Source: a virus. From it: a stretch of DNA of 40,603 bases. The stretch is taken from IMG/VR virus record IMGVR_UViG_3300035703_000183, positions 1-40,603 of that record. One strand, given 5' to 3'. A program made the position numbers and the translations under genes. This document shows positions 32,738 through 40,603 of this stretch, in pieces. Positions within the stretch are counted from its first letter, which is position 1. The number at the start of each line of letters is the position of its first letter. The notes beneath the pieces are model-generated. The model made no database searches, had not been told where the DNA came from, and worked only from the letters and a program-made list of their open reading frames with translations.

Positions 32738-33460
32738 ATGGAAGAGCAAGTCATCCAGGAGACGCCCGTGGCGACTCCAACCCAGCCTGTGGCTGGAGCC
32801 GACACCGCTCAAACCACTCTTGATGTCTCGGGCATCAAGGCTGAGTACGAGTCCCAGATCAATGCCCTAAAGGTCCAAGCGGCCGAAGCCGACGAACGTT
32901 TCCAAGGCATCAAGGCAAAGCTGGACGAGGTCTACAAAAAACAGGACGACCAACGCAAGAAGGTCCTCCAAGACCAAGGCCAGTGGAAAGATCTCTGGGA
33001 GGAAGCCAACAAAACCGCCCAAGAAAAAGACACGCAGATCGCCGAACTCCACCGCCAACTGGAGGACCTTCGCACGTCTAACGAAGCCGCAACAATGCGC
33101 ACAGCGGCGATGTCGGCTATCAGCCAAGCTGGCGCAATTAACGCCGAGCAAATGCTGATGTTGTTGCAAAACAACCTCCGCAAAAACGAAGGTGGCAGCG
33201 TCGTTGTCCTCAACGGCGGCGTGGAACAAGACCTTCAGGCATATCTAAGCAACCTGAAGAACCCAGGCTCCGGCTTCGAGCACCACTTCAAACCCAGCTC
33301 TGCCGCTGGAATGGGCGCCAAGCCCCACCCCACCTCTACCGTCGCCCCAGGTATGAACAACCCCTGGAAGGAAGGTAGTATTAACTTAACGCAGCAGATG
33401 ATGCTGTCCGCCCAAGACCCTGAACTCGCAGCAGTGCTGAAGAGGGAAGCCGGTCTTTAA
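32738..33460 (+). CDS. Scaffolding protein
   Basis: 240 aa, coiled-coil rich (KVQAAEADERFQGIKAKLDEVYKKQDDQRKK...), directly upstream of the capsid gene. Confidence 0.65.
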   Translation: MEEQVIQETPVATPTQPVAGADTAQTTLDVSGIKAEYESQINALKVQAAEADERFQGIKAKLDEVYKKQDDQRKKVLQDQGQWKDLWEEANKTAQEKDTQIAELHRQLEDLRTSNEAATMRTAAMSAISQAGAINAEQMLMLLQNNLRKNEGGSVVVLNGGVEQDLQAYLSNLKNPGSGFEHHFKPSSAAGMGAKPHPTSTVAPGMNNPWKEGSINLTQQMMLSAQDPELAAVLKREAGL

Positions 33461-33528
33461 GCCTCAGTGAGGCACCACCACCCAAGTCTGTGACTGGGAC
33501 GCAAACCCCCTGACCTTTCGGAGGCCCA

Positions 33529-34620
33529 ATGGCTGCTCCTTTCCAGAACTATTCCGGCGGTGTCCTTCTGGCGGACATCGTCAAGCGCAATAACCTCAGC
33601 ACCTATGTGTCTGAGGCGATCAAAGAGCGTTCGCTCTTCATCAAGAGCGGCGCCGTTGTTCGCAACTCGCTGCTGGATGCCCGCGAAGGCGGCACCCGCA
33701 TCCAAGTGCCCGAGTTCAATCCCGTGGCTCCGACCGAGGAGATCATGAACGGGACGGCCACCTGGGGCACCAGCAACGCCGGCTATCTGACCCCCCAAAA
33801 GATCGGCACCGGCACCCAAGTCGCCACCATCTGCCATCGCGGTTTCGCGTACGCCGTGGACGACGTGGCCATGCTGGCCGCTGGTGAAGACCCCATGCTT
33901 CACATCCGCAACCAGCTGGCTGACGCCATCAACAAACTGAACAGCGCCCGCCTGTTCAGCCAACTGAACGGCCTGTTCTCCGCCGGTGCTGGTGCCCTTG
34001 GCGGCAACCACGTTGACCTCGCCGTTGCTGCTGCCAGCGGCCAAGGCGAAGCCAACTACCTGACCGGCGCTGCCGTTGCCCGCGCCCGCGCTCTCCTCGG
34101 TGAGCGTGGCGACGAGCTGGACATCCTGGTTGTCCACCCCTCGGTCGGCTTCTACCTGTACCAGGTCGGCCTCCTGACCTTCAGCACCAGCGCTCTCGCA
34201 GCCTCTGGTTCTGTCGTCTGGGGTGGCGGCGGTGTGGGCGTCAATGCCCGCATGATCGGCGAATTCGCCGGTTGCCGCGTGATCATCGACCCTCAAGTCA
34301 ACACCGCAGCCCCGGGTGCTTCCGGCCATGTCCGCGAGTTCCGCTGCTACCTGATGAAGGGTGGTTCGATCCTCGAAGGCGTCCAGCAGGACCTCCGCAT
34401 CGAGGCCGACCGCAACATCCTGTCCAAGCAGGACGTCCTCTCGGTCGATTACCACGGCGCCTTCCACGTGATGGGCACCAAGTGGAACGATGCCAGCGAC
34501 AACCCGACCAACGCCAATCTGTCCGACGGCACCAAGTGGCAAGCCACTTACGACATCGACCTCATCCCGATCGTCGAACTGATCGTCAACAGCCCCCTGG
34601 ACACCAGCCTCATCCCCTGA
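33529..34620 (+). CDS. Major capsid protein
   Basis: 363 aa, strong SD (GGAGG) upstream. It follows the scaffold gene and is followed by a strong terminator. Confidence 0.75.
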   Translation: MAAPFQNYSGGVLLADIVKRNNLSTYVSEAIKERSLFIKSGAVVRNSLLDAREGGTRIQVPEFNPVAPTEEIMNGTATWGTSNAGYLTPQKIGTGTQVATICHRGFAYAVDDVAMLAAGEDPMLHIRNQLADAINKLNSARLFSQLNGLFSAGAGALGGNHVDLAVAAASGQGEANYLTGAAVARARALLGERGDELDILVVHPSVGFYLYQVGLLTFSTSALAASGSVVWGGGGVGVNARMIGEFAGCRVIIDPQVNTAAPGASGHVREFRCYLMKGGSILEGVQQDLRIEADRNILSKQDVLSVDYHGAFHVMGTKWNDASDNPTNANLSDGTKWQATYDIDLIPIVELIVNSPLDTSLIP

Positions 34621-34640
34621 GCCTGCTCACCAGAACCCTC

Positions 34641-34666
34641 AAGCCTCACCTTCGGGTGGGGCTTTT
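34641..34666 (+). terminator. Intrinsic terminator after the capsid gene
   Basis: The 9-bp stem is AGCCTCACC-ttcg-GGTGGGGCT, followed by TTTT. Confidence 0.75.
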
Positions 34667-34673
34667 TCATTGC

Positions 34674-34683
34674 CGCTACACTG
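34674..34683 (+). promoter_or_regulatory. GCTACACTGG box (-10-like TACACT), 24 nt upstream of GTG 34706
   Basis: One of three near-identical boxes, each placed after a terminator. Confidence 0.45.
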
Positions 34684-34705
34684 GAACAAAGCATGAAATT
34701 GTCCA

Positions 34706-35236
34706 GTGGCCGCAGTAATCAACGCCACTCTTAGCTCCGCCTCGGCCAACAGCTACGTAACGCTGGCCGAAGCTGACGCCTACTTCGAGACGATTCCTGA
34801 CTCGGCCACCTGGACCACAAAAACGACCGACCAAAAAAACCGCGCCCTGATCTCGGCAACGCGCTGGATCGACAGCCTGAACTTTTACGGCGACCGCTGC
34901 GATAACGGCCAGGCCTTAAAGTGGCCCCGCAACAACTGGCTGATCGACCGCGTCGAACTGGTCTGCAACGTCATCCCGAAAGAAATCAAGTTCGCCACCT
35001 ACGAACTGGCGCGTGAACTGGCAAACGACACCGACGCCATCACCAATACGCAAAACGACCCGGACCAGCTGTACAAAGAAGTCGAACTTGGCGAACTGCG
35101 AGTCCAGTACAAAGAAGGCCAAGCCAACGGCGTGATCAACAATGTCTTCGACGTCTACCCCTGGCTACAGGCATACTTAGGCGCTTACACGATCGGCGGC
35201 GCCGGCGGCTTCCAACTCCGCGCCTTCCGAGGCTGA
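34706..35236 (+). CDS. Head-tail adaptor / connector (gp6-like)
   Basis: The N-terminal ANSYVTLAEADAYF...T....K..ALI.ATRWID is typical of head-tail connector proteins. GTG start. Confidence 0.6.
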   Translation: MAAVINATLSSASANSYVTLAEADAYFETIPDSATWTTKTTDQKNRALISATRWIDSLNFYGDRCDNGQALKWPRNNWLIDRVELVCNVIPKEIKFATYELARELANDTDAITNTQNDPDQLYKEVELGELRVQYKEGQANGVINNVFDVYPWLQAYLGAYTIGGAGGFQLRAFRG

Positions 35237-35237
35237 C

Positions 35238-35615
35238 ATGGGCCTGATAGACGACACTTTTGGCGCCATCCCGGCCTCTCTCCTCTCCGACTGGGGCCAA
35301 ACAATCACGTACATCAAGACCACCACACCCCGCACGTATAACCCAACTACTGGAGCAGTCACCGGCGCTGATACCAACGTCAGCATGAAAGCTCTAATCA
35401 TCCGCCTCACCCCACGCGAATCCGAAGGGCTCTACCAAACCACCGACATCAAGGTCATCTTCGGTAAAGAGGAGCTTGGCACCTACTACCCCACCGAAGC
35501 CGACCGTATCCAATACAGCCAAGACGGTGTAACCCGCGAAGCCAAAATCATCAACATCACCACTTACCGAGGCGATAACCCCGTGCTCCACACCGTCATA
35601 GCGAGGCCCCAGTAA
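35238..35615 (+). CDS. Putative head closure / head-tail joining protein
   Basis: 125 aa; call rests on position in the connector block. Confidence 0.45.
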   Translation: MGLIDDTFGAIPASLLSDWGQTITYIKTTTPRTYNPTTGAVTGADTNVSMKALIIRLTPRESEGLYQTTDIKVIFGKEELGTYYPTEADRIQYSQDGVTREAKIINITTYRGDNPVLHTVIARPQ

Positions 35616-36136
35616 TGGCCGCTCTATCCCAGCTGGAACGCGACCTCCGCACCAAGCTGAATAAGTCGGTGCGTACAGTCGCCCGCAACATCATGAACGA
35701 CCTCGCCGAAGCAGGTCCTGTTTGGGGCGGCGAGTTCCGCGATAGCTGGGAAGCCTACGCCCCTGGCGTTGGAGCAGCCATCCCCGGTCAGTATCCGTAC
35801 AGGCTTTCCGACATCCCCGAACTCCCGGTCACCAAGCGGGAAATGGAACGAGTAACAAAACTCATCATCGGCAACCGCGCCCCCTATGCAATGGTGGCTA
35901 TGGATCTAGTCGCGCCTAGTGATGGGTTCCGTTACCCCGGTTACGAACCAGAGGGCGACGTTATCTTCCGTGGCACTAGACCCGAAGGAGGCCGCCGAGG
36001 CGACATCGGACCAAAAATTCCGGGCGGATCTGACAACCGATCCACAGCACCTCTTGACTGGTATACAACCTATGCACGAGGCGGCAAAATGCAAAAAGCC
36101 CTCGAACGCGGCGTCAAAGCTGAATTTCAAGCATGA
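35615..36136 (+). CDS. Putative neck / tail-completion protein (HK97 gp10-like)
   Basis: 173 aa. Call rests on position and the N-terminal helical segment with AGPVWGGEFRDSW. Confidence 0.45.
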   Translation: MAALSQLERDLRTKLNKSVRTVARNIMNDLAEAGPVWGGEFRDSWEAYAPGVGAAIPGQYPYRLSDIPELPVTKREMERVTKLIIGNRAPYAMVAMDLVAPSDGFRYPGYEPEGDVIFRGTRPEGGRRGDIGPKIPGGSDNRSTAPLDWYTTYARGGKMQKALERGVKAEFQA

Positions 36137-36564
36137 ACTACCAGTCCATCCGCGCCGCCGTCGAGAATCCGTTACTGACCGCTTTTAACGCGCTGGTGCC
36201 GGCGGTCCCGGTCTACTTCGACAACATTACGGCCGTCCCACCTAACACAACCACTGAATACGTCCGGGTCAATGTTACTTTCGGCATTACCAACGAACCC
36301 ACGCTTACTACTAGCGTTGATAACGCACGTGGCGCCCTTGTTATCCGCGTATTTACGGAAAAAGGTAGGGGTCCCGCCCGCAACCAAACCCTAATCACCA
36401 CTGCCGTAAACGTCCTAGAAACACTTAATGCTGCTGCAAAAACATCTAGCGGCGTTTTCTTCCGCCTTGGCGAAATAAACGGACCGACATTTTCTGCAAC
36501 TGACGACGCCCCACATTTCGTGGGTCGCATCGACACAAGCTGGGTAGCAACAGTCCTGAGCTAA
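36133..36564 (+). CDS. Putative tail terminator protein
   Basis: 143 aa, immediately upstream of the major tail protein. Confidence 0.45.
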   Translation: MNYQSIRAAVENPLLTAFNALVPAVPVYFDNITAVPPNTTTEYVRVNVTFGITNEPTLTTSVDNARGALVIRVFTEKGRGPARNQTLITTAVNVLETLNAAAKTSSGVFFRLGEINGPTFSATDDAPHFVGRIDTSWVATVLS

Positions 36565-36633
36565 AGACTGTTGCTATTCTTGTAAGAGCCGGGCAGTGTC
36601 CCGCCCCACTGCATATCCATCTGGTACGCCCCT

Positions 36634-37404
36634 ATGGCCACCACCGTTCTGTCCGGCACGTCCGGCGCCCTCTACTACAAGCCCGCTGGAACCACCGGCT
36701 CTTTCGGTGAAGCCAACGTTACTGCCGGTAGCGACGAAATCGTCGTTCAGACCTTTCTGAACTTGAAAGTCGGCGACCCCGTCAAGTTCAGCGTGGTCAA
36801 CAGCCAAACCGGTGGCTCGGGCTCCGGCACCGTCCCCGGCGGCTTGGTTGCTGGCACCACCTACTACGTCATCACCTATACAGCCAGCACCGGTGTGCTG
36901 AAGGTATCGGCTACTGCCGGCGGCGCTTCCGTCGACATCACCGACGACGGTACTGCCGTTGCCCCCAACGAGTTCCAAGTCGCCTACGCCGACTTCGCTG
37001 TTGTCGGCCAAGTCCGCGACTGGAGCTTCGAGATCAGCCGCGCCGAGATCGACGTCACCACGATCGGCCAAACCCCTGGTCAGTACGTGCCTTTCCGCAC
37101 CTACATCAGCGGCTTTGGCGATGGCACCGGCACCGCGACGGTCTACATGACCAACGAGGACGCCGCCCTCTCCAACCGGATGATCGAGGACGTCCTGCAG
37201 CGCCAACAAGATGGCGCCGCTTTCAAGCTCTACACCGACCGCGTTTTCAGCGGCGGCACCCTGAGCGACACCCTCAGCCGCTCGATCTCCTTCGATGCCG
37301 TGCTGACTTCCGCCAGCCTCAACATCAACCCCGACGACGCTCAGTCCGTCACCGTCAACTTCCGCCCAGCTGGCACCCCCACCTTCGACTTCAGCAAGAG
37401 CTGA
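36634..37404 (+). CDS. Major tail (tube) protein
   Basis: 256 aa. WSFEISRAEIDVTTIGQ...GDGTGTATVYM resembles tail tube protein cores. It is followed by a terminator and then the chaperone genes. Confidence 0.75.
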   Translation: MATTVLSGTSGALYYKPAGTTGSFGEANVTAGSDEIVVQTFLNLKVGDPVKFSVVNSQTGGSGSGTVPGGLVAGTTYYVITYTASTGVLKVSATAGGASVDITDDGTAVAPNEFQVAYADFAVVGQVRDWSFEISRAEIDVTTIGQTPGQYVPFRTYISGFGDGTGTATVYMTNEDAALSNRMIEDVLQRQQDGAAFKLYTDRVFSGGTLSDTLSRSISFDAVLTSASLNINPDDAQSVTVNFRPAGTPTFDFSKS

Positions 37405-37424
37405 AATCACACAACAAACACCAG

Positions 37425-37448
37425 GCCCCGCTTGCGCGGGGCTTTTTT
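37425..37448 (+). terminator. Intrinsic terminator after the major tail gene
   Basis: GCCCCGC-ttgc-GCGGGGC followed by TTTTTT. Confidence 0.8.
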
Positions 37449-37460
37449 ACTGTCTACTCC

Positions 37461-37470
37461 GCTACACTAG
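37461..37470 (+). promoter_or_regulatory. GCTACACTAG box (-10-like TACACT), 23 nt upstream of ATG 37492
   Basis: See 34674 and 38039. The upstream GTCTACTCCGCTACAC also resembles GTCTACTCTGCTACAC at 13366-13381. Confidence 0.45.
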
Positions 37471-37491
37471 AAGTATCAACATTCTCGTTGT

Positions 37492-37833
37492 ATGCCTGTT
37501 CCAGTCCGCGCCATTGACCGCCTTCGTAAGGCCGCCAACCTGGAGCCCGTCAAAAAGACCGTCGACCTCTCGGACGGCAGCACCTTCGAGCTGTGGGTCA
37601 CTCCTCTCACCATGGCCGAACGCGAACGCGCCCAAAAGCAGGCCAAGTCTGACGACGCCAACGCCTTCGCCCTCCAACTGCTGATCACCAAGGCCCTCGA
37701 CGAATCCGGCACCAAACTCTTCAGCGCTGGCGAGATCGACGTCCTTAAGAACGAAGTCAAGGACAAGGATCTCCAGCAACTGATGCTGGCCATCATCACC
37801 GACGACGCCGAGCCCATCGACCCAAAGAGCTGA
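37492..37833 (+). CDS. Tail assembly chaperone (gpG-like)
   Basis: 113 aa between the major tail and tape measure genes, with an acidic C-terminus. Confidence 0.75.
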   Translation: MPVPVRAIDRLRKAANLEPVKKTVDLSDGSTFELWVTPLTMAERERAQKQAKSDDANAFALQLLITKALDESGTKLFSAGEIDVLKNEVKDKDLQQLMLAIITDDAEPIDPKS

Positions 37834-38018
37834 GCGCCGAACTCCGCAAGGACAACTGGCTCATGCTCCAGTTCGGAGTCGCCAAAGAGCTAGGCAAGTC
37901 CCTACGCGAGGTCCGCGCCTCAATGACCGTCGAAGAACTGATCGGCTGGAGCGCCTACTTCCAGATCCTTAACGAGGACCAACAAAAAGAGCTAGACAAA
38001 GCCAAACGCCGCCACTAA
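37492..38018 (+). CDS. Tail assembly chaperone frameshift product (gpGT-like; -1 shift at 37821-37827)
   Basis: The -1 frame is open from the slippery site to TAA 38016-38018. It encodes ...ELRKDNWLMLQFGVAKELGKSLREVRASMTVEELIGWSAYFQILNEDQQKELDKAKRRH. Confidence 0.7.
37821..37827 (+). promoter_or_regulatory. Slippery heptamer C_CCA_AAG for -1 programmed frameshifting
   Basis: It has the X_XXY_YYZ pattern in the zero frame, three codons before the G stop. Confidence 0.7.
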
Positions 38019-38034
38019 CCCCGGCGGCTTTTTT
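38007..38034 (+). terminator. Weak terminator-like hairpin plus T6
   Basis: CGCCGCC-actaaccc-CGGCGGC (short stem, about 6 bp) followed by TTTTTT. Confidence 0.4.
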
Positions 38035-38038
38035 CTCG

Positions 38039-38048
38039 CGTACACTGG
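38039..38048 (+). promoter_or_regulatory. CGTACACTGG box (-10-like TACACT), 23 nt upstream of GTG 38070
   Basis: Third copy of the late box. Confidence 0.4.
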
Positions 38049-38069
38049 TAAAACAGGATTCAGGCGCCG

Positions 38070-40603
38070 GTGGCCAACTACAACGCCAACATCAACATCA
38101 CTGTTGCTGGTGCGTCGCGCCTGAACGCAGTAACAGCATCTGTTGAACGCTTAAATAACTTAAGCCAGAATCTAAAACCACTAAATTTACTTGCACCCGG
38201 CGGCGGAAAGCTGGGCGACTCAATTCGCCTAGCTATCAAACCGATCAACGATTTTGCCCGCAGCGTACAGAATGGTAATAAACGAATCTCTAATACTTTT
38301 GCCGGTGCAGTCCAACAAGCAAACGTATTCCGCACAGTTTTAGAGAACGTAAAAGTAGCTGCAGGTGGTTACGAAAAACAGTCAGCGTCGGTAAAACTAT
38401 ACGCCAATGCTCTTGCTGAAGCTGAAAAACAGGCTACTCGACTTTCTGCGGCTCAAAACGATCTCGCTCGGACCGCAAAAGGTCTGCAAACTCAATCTCA
38501 ACGCGATTTTGAGTATTACCGCCGTCTAAACACTATTCAAAGCGGACGTTTTAAGCAACGTCAACAAGAAGCCCGAGCAACAGAGGCAATAAACGAGGCT
38601 GAACGCATTGCCGCTAGTGTTCGTGAGCGAGAAACAGCAAGAACCACGGCACAGCAAGCCAGGGGCAAAAGAATACGGGGTGCCATCAGCGAAGGTATTA
38701 TCGGCGGCTCGTTCCCTCTTCTGTTTGGTCAAGGACCAGGTGCAGCAGCAGGTGGTGCAATAGGAGGCATCGCCGGAGGTCTTTTAGGGCCGGGAGGCGG
38801 TTTTGCAGGTTCGCTGTTGGGCACTCTTCTAGGTGGTATTGCTGAACAAGGCAATAAAATTAAGGAATTAGCCGGAGACATAGGTTTTACAGCACAGCAG
38901 ACACTACAACTACAGGCCGCTTTCAAATTAGCCGGGGCAGATGCAGATAAATTTACCGAGGCTGTTCAAAATATACGCGGTGTTGGTTTAGCAATTGAAG
39001 ACCAAGCAAAAGCTATACAGCTTATAAGTGTTCTTACCGAAAAGTTTGGCGGGAATATCACAAAAACTACAAATGCCTTGACCGGAGCACTAGAAAGCGG
39101 TAAAGTAACACAAGCTACACTTAATCAACTACAAAATCAAGGTATAGATATTCAAAGTGCTTTAGCAGAAAAGTATAAAACAAATCGCAATAGTATTCTT
39201 TTGATGGCAAAAGACGGAAAAATTTCCGTTCAGGATTTAATTAACACTTTAGTAGACTTGGGTAATAAGGGTACAGAGTCTACTACTAAAAATAAAACGG
39301 CTGTCGAAACCCTCACAGACGCTTGGAATAATTTGGCGCGTGCAATCGGAAGCATTGCAAGCACGATTGTAGTAAAATTGACTCCTCCTTTTGATTGGCT
39401 TGTAAAACGTTTAGCGGACATAACAAATATTGCAGCTAATGCTGTTGCTCAGATAGGATCCCTTATTGATCGGGCAGCTTTTGGTCCGCGAGCGCAAGCA
39501 GTGAAAGCGGTGCAACAAGGGCAATTACCGTTTGGTACACAAGGTGTTGTCGAACTTATAGGACAAAAACGAACACGAGAACTCCAAAAACAGGCAGGTC
39601 CCGGTATGCTCGGGTTCGGCTTTAATACGGACAAATTTGTAAAACTTTTACAGCAACAACCGGAATTTCGCGTAAAGAGTCAAGCTCTTCCTCCCCTAAA
39701 ACCTTTCGCCGCCCCTTCTCAGTTACCGCCGTCAGCAGGTAAGGCATCAAAACCTAAAAAAGACAGAGCTGCCGAAGAAGCGCAGCGCCTTCAAGCAGTG
39801 CTAAAGCAGTTGCGCGAAGAAATCAGTATTCGCGACAGAGTACTTCAGATAGAAGAAAATATAATCCGCGCTCGCGCCGATCAAGATGATGTTGCTTTAG
39901 CTGAACTTGCTTCGGACCAGCGCATCCTAGAAATAGGCATTCGGCGTGCAAAAGTACAGAAAGATTTTGATGCTGGCCGCATCCAGCAAGCTGAATTTAT
40001 GCTGCGTATGCAGCTAATCGAGTTTGACCAGACAGAAGAACAATTAAAAACAGAAGAAGCGCTCAACAAGATATACCGCGAGCGTTTCGGTATTGTTGAT
40101 TCTGTAGCTCGTGCAGCTCGACAAGCCCGCGAAGCTGCATTCGGTAACACACCTGGCGCTGCCGGAGGAGCAGGCGCTTTTCGCACAGACATCGACTTGA
40201 TGCCAGGACTTACTGGTGGCGTAACCGGTGAACAGATCGGTTTACTAAAAACCGAACTAGAGGAACTCGTAAAAGTTGAAAACCAAGTAATCCAAGCCGC
40301 CAAGAGTATAGGCGACGCCTTCGGCACCTCACTGAAAGGCGTCATCACTGGCACGATGACTGCCCAAGAAGCACTAGCCAACTTCTTCCAGTCGGTAGCC
40401 GATCATTTTGCCGACATGGCAGCCCAGATGATCTCCAAGTGGCTGCAGATGCAAATCCTCGGCTTGGCACAGAGCCTGCTGCCCGGCGGAAGCACCATAT
40501 TCCCGCGAGGGGTCGATAACTTCAGCAGTTTCTTCGGTGCTGGCGGCCCTTCCTTCTCAGTAGGGGCTTTCGGTGGTGCCCGCGCAGCCGGCGGCCCGGT
40601 CGC
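38070..40603 (+). CDS. Tape measure protein (N-terminal 844 codons; runs off the window and continues at 128..377)
   Basis: I translated the whole stretch by hand and found no stop from GTG 38070 (in-frame TAA at 38049) to the window end. It has a Gly-rich hydrophobic segment GGSFPLLFGQGPGAAAGGAIGGIAGGLLGPGGGFAGSLLG, a tape-measure-domain-like FTEAVQNIRGVGL...GKVT..TLNQLQNQGIDI, and long coiled-coil stretches. It is missing from the ORF track because it has no stop in the window. Confidence 0.88.
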   Translation, partial: MANYNANINITVAGASRLNAVTASVERLNNLSQNLKPLNLLAPGGGKLGDSIRLAIKPINDFARSVQNGNKRISNTFAGAVQQANVFRTVLENVKVAAGGYEKQSASVKLYANALAEAEKQATRLSAAQNDLARTAKGLQTQSQRDFEYYRRLNTIQSGRFKQRQQEARATEAINEAERIAASVRERETARTTAQQARGKRIRGAISEGIIGGSFPLLFGQGPGAAAGGAIGGIAGGLLGPGGGFAGSLLGTLLGGIAEQGNKIKELAGDIGFTAQQTLQLQAAFKLAGADADKFTEAVQNIRGVGLAIEDQAKAIQLISVLTEKFGGNITKTTNALTGALESGKVTQATLNQLQNQGIDIQSALAEKYKTNRNSILLMAKDGKISVQDLINTLVDLGNKGTESTTKNKTAVETLTDAWNNLARAIGSIASTIVVKLTPPFDWLVKRLADITNIAANAVAQIGSLIDRAAFGPRAQAVKAVQQGQLPFGTQGVVELIGQKRTRELQKQAGPGMLGFGFNTDKFVKLLQQQPEFRVKSQALPPLKPFAAPSQLPPSAGKASKPKKDRAAEEAQRLQAVLKQLREEISIRDRVLQIEENIIRARADQDDVALAELASDQRILEIGIRRAKVQKDFDAGRIQQAEFMLRMQLIEFDQTEEQLKTEEALNKIYRERFGIVDSVARAARQAREAAFGNTPGAAGGAGAFRTDIDLMPGLTGGVTGEQIGLLKTELEELVKVENQVIQAAKSIGDAFGTSLKGVITGTMTAQEALANFFQSVADHFADMAAQMISKWLQMQILGLAQSLLPGGSTIFPRGVDNFSSFFGAGGPSFSVGAFGGARAAGGPV
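40477..40603. repeat. Second copy of the terminal duplication (identical to 1-127)
   Basis: Direct comparison. Confidence 0.95.

Noticed and set aside
33457-34542. 361-aa minus-strand ORF antisense to the capsid gene
   Set aside because: It lies entirely within the well-supported plus-strand capsid ORF. Its composition is Gly/Ala/Val/Asp-rich and low-complexity, typical of the antisense frame of a GC-rich gene. It has no coupled neighbours on that strand.
36574-37410. 278-aa minus-strand ORF antisense to the major tail gene
   Set aside because: Same reasoning: it mirrors the major tail ORF, is low-complexity and Gly/Ala/Asp-rich, and has no expression context.

Overview
The window is a complete, circularly permuted dsDNA tailed-phage genome. 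Bases 1-127 are identical to 40477-40603, so the unit length is 40,476 bp and the junction falls inside the tape measure gene. The rightward late genes run terS-like, terL, portal, collagen-like protein, scaffold, major capsid, connector proteins, major tail, G/G-T chaperone and tape measure. These are followed by a lambda-type tail tip cluster (M, L, K, I, J), a tail fibre, small accessory ORFs and a lysis region with a two-domain endolysin. The mostly leftward early/replication block (12388-24579) encodes family A DNA polymerase, prim-pol/helicase, dCTP deaminase, a DUF3310-like protein, two RHH-like proteins, an HTH protein and a Zn-ribbon protein. It is interrupted by a rightward ssDNA-binding protein plus PD-(D/E)XK nuclease pair, and an ArdA-like antirestriction gene lies beyond it. 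I saw no integrase, CI-type repressor, tRNA, rRNA or CRISPR array. The most unusual observations are: (1) a 130-aa Hint/intein-like domain with a non-nucleophilic +1 residue at the N-terminus of the J tail-tip protein, flanked by duplicated poly-Gly sequence; (2) a 10-bp-phased inverted array of 5+4 GGGACAA boxes inside the 3' end of the primase/helicase gene, a candidate origin; (3) a promoter-proximal intrinsic terminator followed by three 13-bp tandem repeats upstream of the ssDNA-binding gene; (4) recurring TACAC-containing boxes and terminator/-10-like cassettes at fixed distance from start codons; (5) two opposite-strand, low-GC HNH endonuclease genes and low-GC mosaic segments inside the tape measure and tail fibre genes. 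All functional calls come from by-eye motif recognition, since no searches could be run. The host is not determinable from the sequence; the endolysin architecture hints at a Gram-negative or cyanobacterial host.
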